Assembly (NCBI RefSeq): GCF_964355755.1
Contig: NC_092674.1
Span: 13,392,001 to 13,456,000, forward strand
DNA from: Antedon mediterranea
Lineage: Eukaryota > Animalia > Echinodermata
Length of the DNA stretch: 64,000 bases
Direction: 5' to 3'
Shown in pieces: positions 36,763 to 50,149 of this stretch; the stretch's first letter is position 1; each line of letters opens with the position of its first letter. Below the pieces are notes generated by a model. That model was not told the origin of the DNA. It saw only the letters and a list, made by a program, of their open reading frames with translations, and did not search any database. The translations under genes and the position numbers were made by a program.

Positions 36763-39375
36763 GGTTATCCGCACTTGGCGGATAACCTCTTGTTATTGTC
36801 ACGATCTTTTTTTTTTAGGTGATCATTTAGAATAAAATGATCACCTATTGTTATTGTATCAAATCTTTGTTATTATTTATTACTTTCTGTACAGATTTTG
36901 TGTAACAGATATCTCAAAAAGTTTAATGTCAATGATTACCAAAATTTCACAATGTCTTTCAAATACTTTAACTTAGTTCTAATAAGCTTTTCAGCGTGAT
37001 CACTCAACCGTGACGTAATTTATACGCCATTTTGTGAAATCACATTATCAATCATATCTCCATAATTAATTATCACATATTAATGTAATTCACTAAACGT
37101 AAACTTCAGGTCAAGTGTAAAAATATTAGCAAATAAAAACGCACGCACACGTAGGGTCATGCGCGTGAAATCGCGCTTTAAAAATTTAAAAACCTCAAAA
37201 TTAAGTTTTGATCAATTTAGAGCATGAATTAGGCCATTTGTGTGTTTCAAAAAATTACTGCGCAAAAAATTTTTTTTGCGCGCGCGATACTTACGTAAAA
37301 AATACGATTTTTTTTTACAAATCGCATTCTACTCACCATCTTTAGTACATTCACCAAATTTGAGTCAGTTCCGATATAAAATAACGCTATACGAGCAGGT
37401 TCAAAATGATAAAATGCGCAAATTAATTGCATCAAAGTGTTGAAAATGGTGAAAAATAAGGCATTTTAAAAATCAAAATAATTCTTCAGAATGCACGATG
37501 ACCCCCAATTTTTTTAACTTTTTCTGGAAGCCGTTGAGTTGTAGATATGAATTCATGTACACATTTTACGTACAAAATGTTTTTACGTCATCAAATGGCC
37601 ACTTGAATTTAAAATTAAGTTATTTTTCTCTTTTGTCATTCTTTTTCACATTCAATAGAACGCATCTCTGTTATTTTGTGCCGGGTTTTCGCTCAATTTT
37701 CAGTATATGATTGCTCAATTAATTGACTTTCTTATGACTTGCCACTACTTTTATTTTGATGACGTCATCATGCGTAAAAACTTGATTAACATAGGTCGTG
37801 TAAGTTCACCTTCACCGTAAATTTGAATATCTTACAGCTCTTCAGAATTAAAGGTTACCTTGATGATTATAATTTATTATGAAAGCTGATGAAATGTAGA
37901 TATGAATTCATACAAAAAAAAAGCCTATTGGATGTTGTGACGTTAACATATGGCCAGTTGAAGTTAAAAAGTAGTATTTTCATCTTTTTCGTAAAAGTTA
38001 TACAAATTTCAAAGACCGCGTACAGCGCTTCTACGTGCCAAATTTTCTTCCAATTCTTATATTTATTTGCTCAATTCATTATCTTTCGAAATTGTCATCT
38101 TTGAGTTTATTTTGATAATTCCATCATACCACAAAATTGGAACATGATGTGTGTCCCGTAATTTTACCTATGCTACACTGTATATAGATATATACAGTAT
38201 ATACTGTACATAATGTATACATATAATAGGCACAACACAGCACTATAAGCGTATAATAGGATGGCATACATCAACATTTTTCGATTGTATGTTAACGTAC
38301 GTGCATGTTTAACAAAATATTAATGTCAATAAAATTATAAAAATGATCACCTATAATTCGTCTTTCCCAGAATTTTGTTGCGCGTGTATCTCTAAATCTT
38401 CTTAACATAACATTGTATAATTTTATCAGATGATTGACCTCTATCTGAAGATGTCGTAATAAGGTTTTCGGTCGCCTCTGAGATGCGCAGTGTAAGTTAC
38501 GCGCGATTTTAAGAATTTCAATGATTGATCATAGATAAAAAACTAAAAGTCATTTTGTATTGACACTTGGTGAAAATTTAAGTTATATCAAGGGCACACT
38601 TTCTAGGGATTAAAAATGGCATGTTTCACAAAAAGTGACTTTCTACGCGTTTCATGTTATTTTGAGCATGTCAAAAATTCGCACGTGGCGTTAAAAATAT
38701 ACTTTTTTCACGTGATTTATGTTTTTCCAGCCTTTTCTAGTAATTTTACCAACTTCTAAACAATTTAGACTTAAAATTACGTCATACGAGCACGTGGAAT
38801 TGGATAATTTGTTCAAAAATTCGTCAAAATTATGCCTTCTTTTAAACAGTCATAAATTCTAAACTACATGGTGAAGTTTATTTTTTATTACATATTATGG
38901 AAGTTGATGAGTTGTAGATATAGAATCATGCATCGATATGGCTAACCGGACATTGTGACGTCATCGTATGGCCACTCAAATATAAAATAGAGGATTTTTG
39001 TCTCTTTCATCATAGCTCATCACATTTAATAGAGCACATCTCCACTTATCCGTATTCCATTTCCCCCTATTTTTTTATTTTGTCTAGGCCAATCAATTGT
39101 CTTTCGCACGATATACCATTTTTTAAATTGTTATGACGTTATCATGTGCAAAAGCGTCAATAACTTTGGTCACTTATTTTCACCTATTCTGCACTGTATG
39201 TAGTACGTATACAATATATAGTGTAAACTGTATATACTTAGACGTGACACAAAATAGAGAGCAAACATTTTTTCAATGGCATAATCGTTTTTCTGTGCGC
39301 AATATTCTAACGTATGACGTGGCGTTTGCGCTGCGGATAACCTAACTCGTCTGTAGTGACGAGTTGAAATCTAGT
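36763..39375 (+). mobile_element. Non-autonomous Helentron/HINE-type rolling-circle element (outer), specific to copy 2
   Basis: Inserted in a T run. 5' GGTTATCCGC (36763-72) with local inverted copy GCGGATAACC (36778-87). 3' GCGGATAACC (39333-42), hairpin AACTCGTC/GACGAGTT (39344-65), terminal CTAGT (39371-75). Empty site in copy 1 near 7605. Confidence 0.8.
36817..38362 (+). mobile_element. Second HINE-type element nested in the first
   Basis: 5' AGGTGATCATTT (36817-28) with inverted AAATGATCACCT (36835-46). 3' AAATGATCACCT (38341-52) followed by a half hairpin AATTCGTC; the terminus appears deleted. Confidence 0.72.
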
Positions 39376-42300
39376 ATTATTTGGAATTATTTCACAATTT
39401 TTAAGACATATAATACAAGGGTTAGCCATGATTTTGTAATAAATTTTTAGGAATCACTCTGATGTTGATATGAAAACTAAGGAATTCACTCTGATATTGG
39501 TATAAAAACAAGGAATTCACTTTGATATGGGTATGAAAACCGCATATTGTACAGTACAAATCAAAACTTTGCATGAGCCACTAAATATATGTGTTCCGAC
39601 AAAAAATACAACATTTTCTGATTTCTGATTGGCTGTTGTTCTGACAACATATTGGGTTAAAAAATATGGTATATATTAAAAATATTTTATTGATGTTAAT
39701 AAAATAATCTGATGGCAATTGGATTCAATTTAGAAATGATAATACTAATATTGCTGGTACAATCAATGAAACATATGTAGATTACATTAACATCATAAAA
39801 AATAACTATTTGAAGCAAAGTATCCTTAAAAACGTATGGTGTACGTTATTGTCAACGCAATGGATTATACAAACTGTCAATTATGATTGGTCAACTCACT
39901 AGCGTTTGTAGCGATTTCTGTTTTTTAAATCATTTTTTTCAGATTTTAATTATTTTTTTAATTATTTTATTTATTTATAAATGTTTTTAAGTGTTATATT
40001 TGTATGTTACTTGTCTTGTCAAATTATTTTGTACTAAGGGTCCGTATTATGATCAGCTTTGTCTGGATGTACTATCCTTGTTAAATATTGTTGAAATAAA
40101 ATAAATATGGGGACCACACCTTTTGGTAAAAAAACATTTTTTTAATATTGCCACTTAACTTTATTTTATATGAAACATAACCATGACTTTATGTTTGTTT
40201 AAATGAAACGCATCATCATTGTACTCTACAATTGTCTTAACCTTTTATTGAAATATCTGGTATCTTTATAGATAGAAAGTAGTTCACTACAGTTAAAATT
40301 ATAAAAGTGTATAAAAATAAAATAATAGTATGGAGGTTATGAATTTATTTATGCCAAATTTGTGGGTTTTTTTCACAGTAAATGGAACTGATCCTTGTAC
40401 ATACAAAGATGAACTTGGTTGTCTCTTCTCTTTTAACTTTGTTATGAATGGAACAATGGAGGTGATTCTGGTACAGAAAATAACATGTAAGTAATGTAAA
40501 AAGAAAACCCCAGCAAAATGAAACCCAATACATTGTCTAAAGCTCTGTCTATACGTACACTATCAAACTTTATGTGACAAAAACATGTTATGTGCCCATA
40601 TATGGTGATGAAAACTACCGTAATGGGTACATTACACTTTTTTGTCAAACTATTTTGATAGTGTAGACATAGAGCTATATATCGAGATCTCTGTGCACTT
40701 CACACACGCGCACACACACCTTCATATATACAGTATACATCCCCTCATTTGACGGGGACAATTTGATGGACATCAGCAGGCATACTGAACTTTTTTCACA
40801 AACAATTACGAAAGAGTACCATCAGTAACCTGTATTCTTTGTATATTAAACATCTTTTATTTCAATTTGAGACATGCACTTCATTATTATACTAGACTTG
40901 TTTGTACAAAGTATGTGAAATGCATGATAGAGTTAGAGTGAAAAAAATGATTGTAATGGCTTTTTTGTAGGAAATATTTGCAGAAAAATAAATGTCAGTC
41001 AAGTGCAGCAAACACGGCTTGTCTTGATTCAACATGTGCAACACTTCATGTTAATAATTTATATGAATATTTATCAACATGTCGTACTTTATTTTCAGCT
41101 TGCCCAGAAGGAATAGATGCCTTATGGCTGGCTATTGGCATCATTATTGGTATATTACTAGTTGGTCTAGCCCTTCTGCTGGCCTGGAAGATAGCTACAT
41201 ATATATATGACAAACGAGAATATGCTAAATTTTTGAAAGAGTTAGAAAATGCACGAACAGATGCAGTAAGGAATGATTATTTTTTTTATCTTGTAGTTAA
41301 TGTTTATTTATTTATTATTTATGGTTTCCCTTTAAAGACCAGACCATTTTTATGTAGAGTCACCACTACATAGCATCCAAGTTCACTGTAGCTGACTTTC
41401 CAAGAAAACATTATTTATTTTAAACATTTCTATTTGCATTTGAACTCTCTATCTATCTCTATATCTATTTCTAGTATGATTATGATGTATCGTAGTATTG
41501 TAATTGAAAATGTTAAATCTAACAGTACTAGTAAATACCTTAAACTAAAAGTATAAGTATATATTTATGTCAATTTCTGTGATTAACATGCATTGCATTG
41601 GAACATTAGCATTGAAAATACTAATTGAAATGTAATATGTTTATGAAAAATTAAACCAAGAAAATATTACCTAGACATACTTACTTGCTTTTTTTCAGAA
41701 TATAAATCCCCTTTTTAAATCTTCTACGACAACCTACAAGAATCCAACATATGGTAAATAGAAGGTTTTATGCAAGATGTTGATACCTGTTGCCAAACAA
41801 GACCTCATTCAGAACCATCCAACAAGGCCAGATCAAATTGAAAACTGATACACAGACTAAATGATATCAGAATAATAATTTATGGCAAAGTTCAGACTGT
41901 AACTGACAGATCAATCAAGCCTGTTATCAGAAAAAGAAATGCCCACTAGGCTACAACTGAGATCAGATCAAAGTACCATGAGATACTCTCCACTGGGCCA
42001 CACAGTAGGATATCAGAACAAAGTGGCTTGTCCAGATCCACAATACTAGATGCCGTGGCCAACACAAAATATACCACATAATTATATAAAATGGTCTGAT
42101 ACCAGAAACTTAACCAGAGCATCTTGTCAAACAGAATTCACCACAGGTATCTGATAGAACATGAAGTGTCTGTACTATAATTAGAGTTATTAATTCATTG
42201 GCTAGAGAGCTAACTCCATATTTAACAATAAATTGTTATATTCATTACCATAACAAATAAGTAATTTATAAAAACTGGACTGTACATTTATGTATGTTTA

Positions 42301-43737
42301 TATTTAAAAATATATATATATACTGTATATAAATTCTGACTCATGTATTCTTCATAATATTGTAAGTTATTGTTTTATGTTACTAAATAATATTTTTGAA
42401 AAGATACAGCGGATAATTTGTTAAGCACCAGAACTGTCCTCATCATTTTTCTGTAACATAGTTAGCACTCTAGTCAATCTATTAATACCTCAATGGTACT
42501 AGATCATGCTGAATTTGGTGCTAAGTTGCAATATGTGATAAAATTAGAGGTTGATTTGACAAAAAAAAATTAGGATTTAAGAATAAATTAGAGTAGCGTA
42601 TAGTGGTGTGGCCATGTCTTCTGCCTTTAAACAAAGTGCTTTATTTTATTTAAGATAAATATTTTATATAAAACATGTGAAAATGTTGTTATTTGTTCAC
42701 ATATTTTAAAAATTATAATAATATCTTATATTATGACAGTATTGTGAGCTTACCAAAAGTACTGTAATTGGTTACTCTATAATAAACCTTAAAACACAGT
42801 ACTGACTGTATAAATAAGAACTCACAGCCAGTGTTCAAAGGAAACTCTATTAGGCTTGGTTCCCACTAGGACGCAGTACAAGGACGTAAGCCGCAACGAA
42901 AGTTTGAATGATCTTTTGCGTTGTGGCTTACGTCATTGCATTGTGTCATATTGCGAACCAGACTTTAAGGGGACACTGGTCCCAAAGGTGTCCCCTTAAT
43001 ACAGTTTCCACTGTAATATTTATGCAGGTACATAACAAAGATGGAGGAATTTTCCCACTTCTATAAAAATATCCTAACTATCTAGTTTTCTGATTTGATG
43101 ATAATTCTCCAATTTATATGGATATGTTTCAAAAGTTTAATTGTTAAATTAATACATAAAAAGTAATATAAAGCTAAAAAGAATCTTTATAATGTTTAAA
43201 GTATTAAAAACTTCAAAAATCTTTTTAAAAAATGTTCATATTTCCTGAATATATCTCTTATATTTATCCTTCCTTAAATTCACAATATACACTTACTACT
43301 GTTTTTTTACTTGGGCCATTCGGCAATGTATTCATTCACTATTATACAATCACAGGTCAATACGTAACATTTTGTCTTCTAAATTTGACTCCATATACAT
43401 TAGTGTCAAACCTGTACAAAGGTCATATAAAAGGCAAACTGGTCCATACTGTTGGGTACTATAAACATTAGTAAAATCATATTGTAATATTACTACTTAC
43501 TACTGTTTTAAGTTTGTTTTTATTGTTACTTTGTTATTTATGTGTATATTATTACTTATTTAAGACATAAAAGACGTTTACTATATAATATCAATATGAA
43601 ATGTAATAACAAAATCAGATAAAAATGTTTATGAACCAGCGTGGAACCACTTTCATGATCAAACAATAATATTACATAGTATACCGTAAAACATCGAAAA
43701 GAAGTCCATCTCGATATCAATCCCATGACTTCTTTTC

Positions 43738-44173
43738 TTTTTTTCTCTTTCTTTTGTGGCGCAAACACCACTTTTATTCACATTCATATTATCTCATATT
43801 ACATAAAATCGTATTATTTAACTTGTAAATGTCGTTACAGTTCATAAGTAACATTTTTACATATATGAATTCTGTATTACTCCTGTTTTCATTAATTTTC
43901 TTATATTTTGCTTTACACTTGACAGGATCATCATTATCATCTATCCCGTTTTAAAATAGTTCACACATTTTCATTTGTTTGTTTTCATTTTACAACCCGG
44001 ATTATACAATATATTTATATACATGATAACAAGAAATAAAAACACAATAGGCCTAATAGCTCAGTATCACCAGTAACCCGTATCACAGTAATTCCTTTTC
44101 TGATAATCGTATCAAATTAGAAATTATATTAGCATAATAGTATTTCTTAAAGCTACCCATTTTTCTATACTTG
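43738..44173 (-). mobile_element. 5'-truncated retroposon (LINE 3' end) with 12-bp TSD, specific to copy 2
   Basis: TGACTTCTTTTC at 43726-43737 and 44174-44185. AATAAA and an A-rich tail on the minus strand. Absent in copy 1 (~12190). Confidence 0.7.
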
Positions 44174-46730
44174 TGACTTCTTTTCAAGATACTATGGGCT
44201 TCTTTTTCGAAATAGACTGTATTATAATGTCAAAGGAATAGAAATTTATGATCGTGTTATTATACGGTATCGATATTAATGACCTTGCAACCATTTTTAA
44301 CCATGGACTCACGTATATTTATTCTACAATGTATTGTTTTCCAAATGCTACTTTTATTTCATCTTGTATCTTCTTGTCTGCTTCCTTGGCAAATATATAA
44401 AATTGGCAGAGAATGTTTTAAAAATCATATATGAAACGTCATTAATTTAATCTTTTTGCCATTAGATTTTGTATTAGAATTATTTAATTCAAGTTTAATG
44501 TCAATCTTGATCATTTTTGATGAAATAACCGTCTTTAAAAAAACTGTTTACCGGTACATTATTGATTTTTGTTAGTATCAATGTGGTAGTTATTAATAGT
44601 TCAAGGGTTTGAATTGTGTAAACATTGAGTATTTAGTGAATTTAATATAAACCAATTCTTATTGTATTTTAGGCCTATGTAAGAGCACAAGCTCGTCCAG
44701 GGATGTCGGGTCGTTCGGTTCAAAATAATTCTAATCCTAAGGTGCCCTTTCAAGTTAGAAACCAGCAGCGAAAGTGGTAAATAGGCCTCATGACAATTAT
44801 TTGGAAAATTCATTCATCTACTACTATACTAGGCCTACAGCTATATTTTCTTTTAAAAATCTTGGCTATGGACTAGGAACAGCGAAGAGTAAGACTCGTT
44901 CATCTTTTAAAATTACAGTACAAAGCTCCCGGCCCTTAAAAAAAACATCAACAATACCAAAATTGATATTGCTTTTTATTTAATTGTGAATTACTATAAA
45001 ATAGTGTATTTATGTAATTATTAAATAATATATACTAAAAACAATCACATCTAACCCAATTCTGTGACATTAAAAAAAAAGGTGTATCTGATTTTCCAAC
45101 AGCATTTTTTATATAATCTTGTAATATATTTAGGCCTATAACTTAGTTTACACAATTTTATTTTTATTTATTTTTGTCTGTAAATAATTGTATCTGATCA
45201 TAATGTTATACTAGAAGAAAGAGATCGGCAATAATAAATAGCAATGTGTCGATTGGTCATGAAGGCACCAACTTCAATTTGTACACCAGGTATAATATAG
45301 ATCACGCGTTTATTTATTATGAGTGTTGATATTAACTGTACGTGTATTTTGCCATATACTTTTCATTAAATCAATTGACTTTAGTACAACCTTTACGTAA
45401 CGTTATATTTTAGAATTATGAATGCTGCTTTATTAGTAGTATGGCCTGTGTGGTATATTACGAGGTTGTATCGTCTTCTCGTCTTTAAAATCGACAGCGT
45501 AGGACACTGCGATGTCTTGCAATGTCCAGCAGATGAAGTGGTGCGCGCTGCGAGTGCTGTCTTACAACCTTATGAATTTAGTGTATGTATATAATGTTTG
45601 AAACATTAAATTAGTTAAATGTAATCCGTAAGTGCCTTGAAAAAAAAAGCTTGTAATATTTTGTATAGATATTTATAGTATTAACCGTACACAAATGTTT
45701 TTATAATAGCTATATTATTATAGGATAATATCAAATAAAACACTTTATCACATCATTTTGCCCTTTGTGTTACGTCATTGAATATAGCCTATATTCGTCT
45801 ATTGATCCTTCTAATAATATAGGCCTAAGTTGTCAAAATAAAGTACCGGCACAAACAATTCTTTTATTTTACGATATAAAAATTTATATTATAACTTAAC
45901 TTAACATTAATCTTTTACTTGACCACCAGCAGATAAATATGGATACTGTAGGTAATAGGTCTTTACTGTATTCATTTCTGCCAAAGATTTTTATTTTATA
46001 ATATGGTCGCGTTTAGTCTGAACTACGCGCGATTTTATGAAATGTTATCATCATAAATTCGAAACCAGATATTTTCCAATACAGCACTGGTTTATAATAT
46101 CAAAATAGTCAACTTTCTACAGAGCTTTACCATTTAAAATGCACACAATAAATGTCCTAAAACGTTGCCGGCTATTTTGAGCATTTCAAATTATCATGTC
46201 ATTGTCCGTCTTGTTAGCGTCACGCTCGTATTATGCACGGCGTACAAAACATACTTAACGAGGCCATTTTTTATGAACTAAAACGAAACACGACATGCAA
46301 TTTAAACTAATAATTCGTGCGATTACAGCGCCTCAGATGCCAAAAGGTGACAATGAAAATTATAGATGTACAATTTTTTTTCCGATCCGAAAAATCATCA
46401 TATTGCAAACTTATTTTTAGGATAGAGGATAATCATATTTCCATCACCGCATTTATAGGTTCTATAGAGCGATTTGGCTTAAACTTGGTAAAAAGAATAA
46501 CACATGACGTCTATATATAATTCAAACTTAACAGATACAAACTGGAACGCCCACTCACTGGTAATATTAATAAACAAACAATAACTACTAAAAACTTGTG
46601 GATCAAGTCTAGCGAATCACCTAACCGTAAAATGTACACACGCAACAATAGTGGACTAATCGTACACAGCATAAAGTTGTATTAGCTGGTCTAACCAGGG
46701 AAGAGTTATTAACTCTTCCCTGGTCTAACT

Positions 46731-46738
46731 TATAAAAG
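46731..46738 (+). promoter_or_regulatory. Probable TATA box of the SLC22 gene
   Basis: TATAAAAG lies ~25-35 bp before GCAGT initiator-like repeats and ~100 bp before the ATG at 46837. An orphan duplicate sits at 14630-14637. Confidence 0.5.
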
Positions 46739-48853
46739 GATGATGGCTTCCAATTGGCAGTGCAGTGCAGTCTTCTCCTACTCCAGAGTTTTATTCATTT
46801 TATATAGTCACATTGATATCAACTTCGTTTTACAATATGGATTTTGACGATGTTCTAAAACTTCTTGGCGACTTCGGTCGATATCAGAAGCGACAGTATG
46901 CCATGGTTTGCCTAATCGTCATTCCTGTTGCAATACATAGCCTATCGCATGTGTTTATCTCCGCTAAAACAGATCACTGGTGTGTCGTACCGGAGTTACA
47001 AAACTTTAATTGTACAAACAGTGATTCAGTCGAAAGGGAAGCATGTATCAAAATAAAACAAAACTTAGCAAGACCTAAAGATGATGTAAATACAATACCA
47101 AACGAAGCACAATGCTGGATGTATACGAGCGAAGACATCACGGAAGCACTTTTTACAAACAACGTATCTCGAGAACTTGACATTACATTGTGTACAAATG
47201 GATGGGAATACGATACCTCTCAGTAAAAGTCAACTATCATCCAATAGGTAAAGTCAAATATAGGTAGTTACGTAAGCATCTAAAATTGTGTTCATATTAG
47301 TAGCGTGACATCACAAACGATGCGATGTTCCTTGTCAAGTCAATACGGACATTTAGGTGTTTCACGATTTAGGGAATGGTTCTTTCTCAATAGTTACTGT
47401 ATAGGAATGCTTATAAATAGATGGAGAACTAATAAATAACTATGTGTGCAAGCCCACACCACAAGCGTATTTTTTTGGGCTGAAAGAACATTATTCGCTG
47501 CAATAGGCCTCAGCAGAGAGCTTATACATTTTGTCTGTTTGGCATAATATTGATTTGGGCGGTATGAAGGGAGTTACACATAAAGTCTTGGAAGTTTTGT
47601 TAGAAAGAGAAAAGAATTCATGTTATGATATCGTAATGTTGGTAAAAGTCTCAAAATTATCTTTCTTCAGCACTAGTGGGATGAGGTGATAGAAATCATC
47701 TCACCACCACTAACCACTGGAATCAGTGTATTGAGCTTCAAACAATTATCTTATATTTTATATAATTAATTAATTCCAAGCTGGAACTTTGACAAATTTT
47801 TATTTAATTTCCGGTCAACTAAAGGTCCAATTCTATAACTGGCTCAGTCGCGCTATACGTGTGTTCTGTTGAAAATCGTCGCCCACCACGGTCTTAGTGT
47901 ATTTCAAATTATTAGTTACGCGTTTGTTTCTTTTTGTAATACAGGTTTCTAGGGACACTGTGTCGAACCAGGGAGATACCTCTCGTACAATGGTTAGAGC
48001 ACATTATCTAGTATACAAACCCATCCGTTAACGACAAAATTATCACAGAATTAGCGGTTTTTTTTTTTTAAATTGTTGTCGACATTATTGTATGAGAGAA
48101 TTTTAAGAGATATTGTACGCGTTGATGTGAGCTGAATGGCATACGGTGGTAGAAAATTTTCTGATTGGTTGATCAAATGACAGTTTGTCTTTCTTTGTGG
48201 TACTGCAAAGACTGCATTATGTGGTTGGGAACAGATTACTGGGAAAGAATCTCCACTCACGCTCACGGAGGTTCAACTGTATCAACAATTTAAAAAAAGA
48301 AGTGATTTGATGGTCACTTTATCATGCACGATTGAGTGAGATGCTTTCCGTGTTAAACTTTGTAGTATAGGATAAATATAAATTGCAACGTTAAATTGGC
48401 AGTATTATACAATAACATCTTTCATGAAATGTTTATTAAAATGAATGAGTCCATGACTCTAATTTTTATGATAGTAGGCCAAATGGTATGAAATTTATAG
48501 CAATTAAAATTATGCCAAGAAAATGTCAATAATGTGTCAATATATTTGTTAAAATATCGAATAATAGTCATAAACTTGCCGCATACCGCGTTACTTACAA
48601 AACAAGACATTTCACTTCCGTATGAATGGATTGTGAGTATAAATGCCGGGGCCATCCAGTGAACTAATTATAACAACTCCAAACATTTCGTTTTATATTC
48701 AAATGACACACTGAAAAAAGACCCGAACGTATCTTTTTATGCTGTATCAACCCTTTTTTATCAGCTAATCTTTAAACAGTAGTTAGATAGTACATCAAAT
48801 TTAATTTAGGTTTACCGAAAACCAAACTAAGTTGGTCAGGGTTATCAAATCTA

Positions 48854-49065
48854 CGGTGGCCTGTACGTGTCACGGCAACTGTTTTTAAATATCACGGCAA
48901 TTTATAAAAAAGACACGGCAATTTACAAAAAAACACGGCATTTGAACAAAAATACCACAGCAACTTAAAAATGAACACCATGGCTTTAAACAAAAATTAC
49001 CGAGGTTTATTTTGTAAATTGCCGTATATTTTTTTTAAGGTTGCCGTGACGCTTACAGGCCACCG
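48854..49065. mobile_element. MITE with TA target duplication and internal ~22-bp repeats
   Basis: TA|CGGTGGCCTGTACGTGTCACGGCAAC ... GTTGCCGTGACGCTTACAGGCCACCG|TA; internal (CACGGCAATTT..AAAAA) units. Confidence 0.85.
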
Positions 49066-50149
49066 TACAAACCGCGATTGAAAGTATGAGCGTTTGCTCT
49101 AATGACGTCCTAATGATTGTGGTGATCGTATTTTTTCCCCTTTGTTTGTTATTACGTTGGTATGTGACATTGTTAGAGCTCATGACACTGAATAAAATCT
49201 CAAAGTAGCCTATATAATATATAATTTCTTGGCAAATGATGCATGTGATACGATTATAACGAGTTACACAAATCAAAGTTAACTTAACGAATACCATGCA
49301 CAATTGTAGAATCACTAGTCCTTAAAAAATTCGGCAAATCTCGGTTCACCTGAGAAGCTGTTTATCCTGAATCTTGACGTTGACTATATGTTGTTGTGCA
49401 CTTTAACGAAGAATTACTTTTTGTTGTGGAAAGGAAAGACGACAATCGGCACAAAATAAGTAGAATACTAATGCCTTTTCAGAATGTTTGAATAAATAAA
49501 ACACGAATGTTGAAAGATAGTTACAAGAAAGAGATAATAAACAAGGATCATTTATTCTTAATTTTATTTGTATATGCTGTACAGCTCACTGCATGTTTAT
49601 TAGTATCACATTTTGTAATGAAAATGTATCAACAAGAACGTTATTATATTATTACAAAACAGTGTTTAACGTTAAGTGTTTATCAGTTGTAAACCATTAT
49701 CTTGATTTTACCAGTTTCTGTTTTATAATTTCAGTTTGATCTTGTCTGTGAAAAGGCCGCAAAGCCATCGCTTTCACAGTCAATTTTTTTTGTTGGAACA
49801 CTAGTTGGTTCACTTGTTTTTGGAGCTTTAGCGGACAAGTAAGTATTTTAGCATTTCCTAATTGAACAGACGACCGGCGACGTATTGGTCTGTCTGTTGT
49901 TTTAAAATGTAGGGGTATATGTAGTTAGTAGATTTTGAATGGTCTTACTTATATATTATCATTGCGAAATTCATATGTCAAATTTATTTGCAACTAAACG
50001 CTTATTTAATAGAACATTCCAATTATTTATTGTTTTGTGTTGTTATATCAAATGATAAATCCTTGTTGGTGCTATGAGCTAAACAACGAATGTTGTAACC
50101 GTACACATAATTCCATTGAATTGCTCTATAATCAAAATCACAGTTCGCA

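Larger units (their letters stand above)
19794..41761 (+). pseudogene. Integrin beta, copy 2: 5'-truncated unprocessed pseudogene
   Basis: Exons 19794-19890 (HPCFLEGDFCEQPYGFRNV), 21950-22036 (SLDRPEGGLDALMQATVC), 22511-22594 (IGWRNYSRH...SDAGFHFALDGK), 23181-23256 (frameshift, TAA), 27029-27142 (indels, TAA), 27540-27636 (frameshift), 28359-28524 (19 nt shorter than copy 1), then intact exons 29321-29557, 29871-29943, 33974-34058, 34672-34874, 35298-35427, 40379-40486, 41099-41265, 41699-41761. No signal peptide, PSI or MIDAS exons seen between 16850 and 19790. Confidence 0.88.
27572..46741 (+). repeat. Second unit of a tandem segmental duplication, matching 1..14640
   Basis: Colinear, highly similar exons, introns and intergenic DNA. 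Position 1 (GATCTGTGGG) equals 27572. Similarity ends after TATAAAAGGAT (14640 / 46741). The length difference is explained by copy-specific transposon insertions. Confidence 0.95.
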
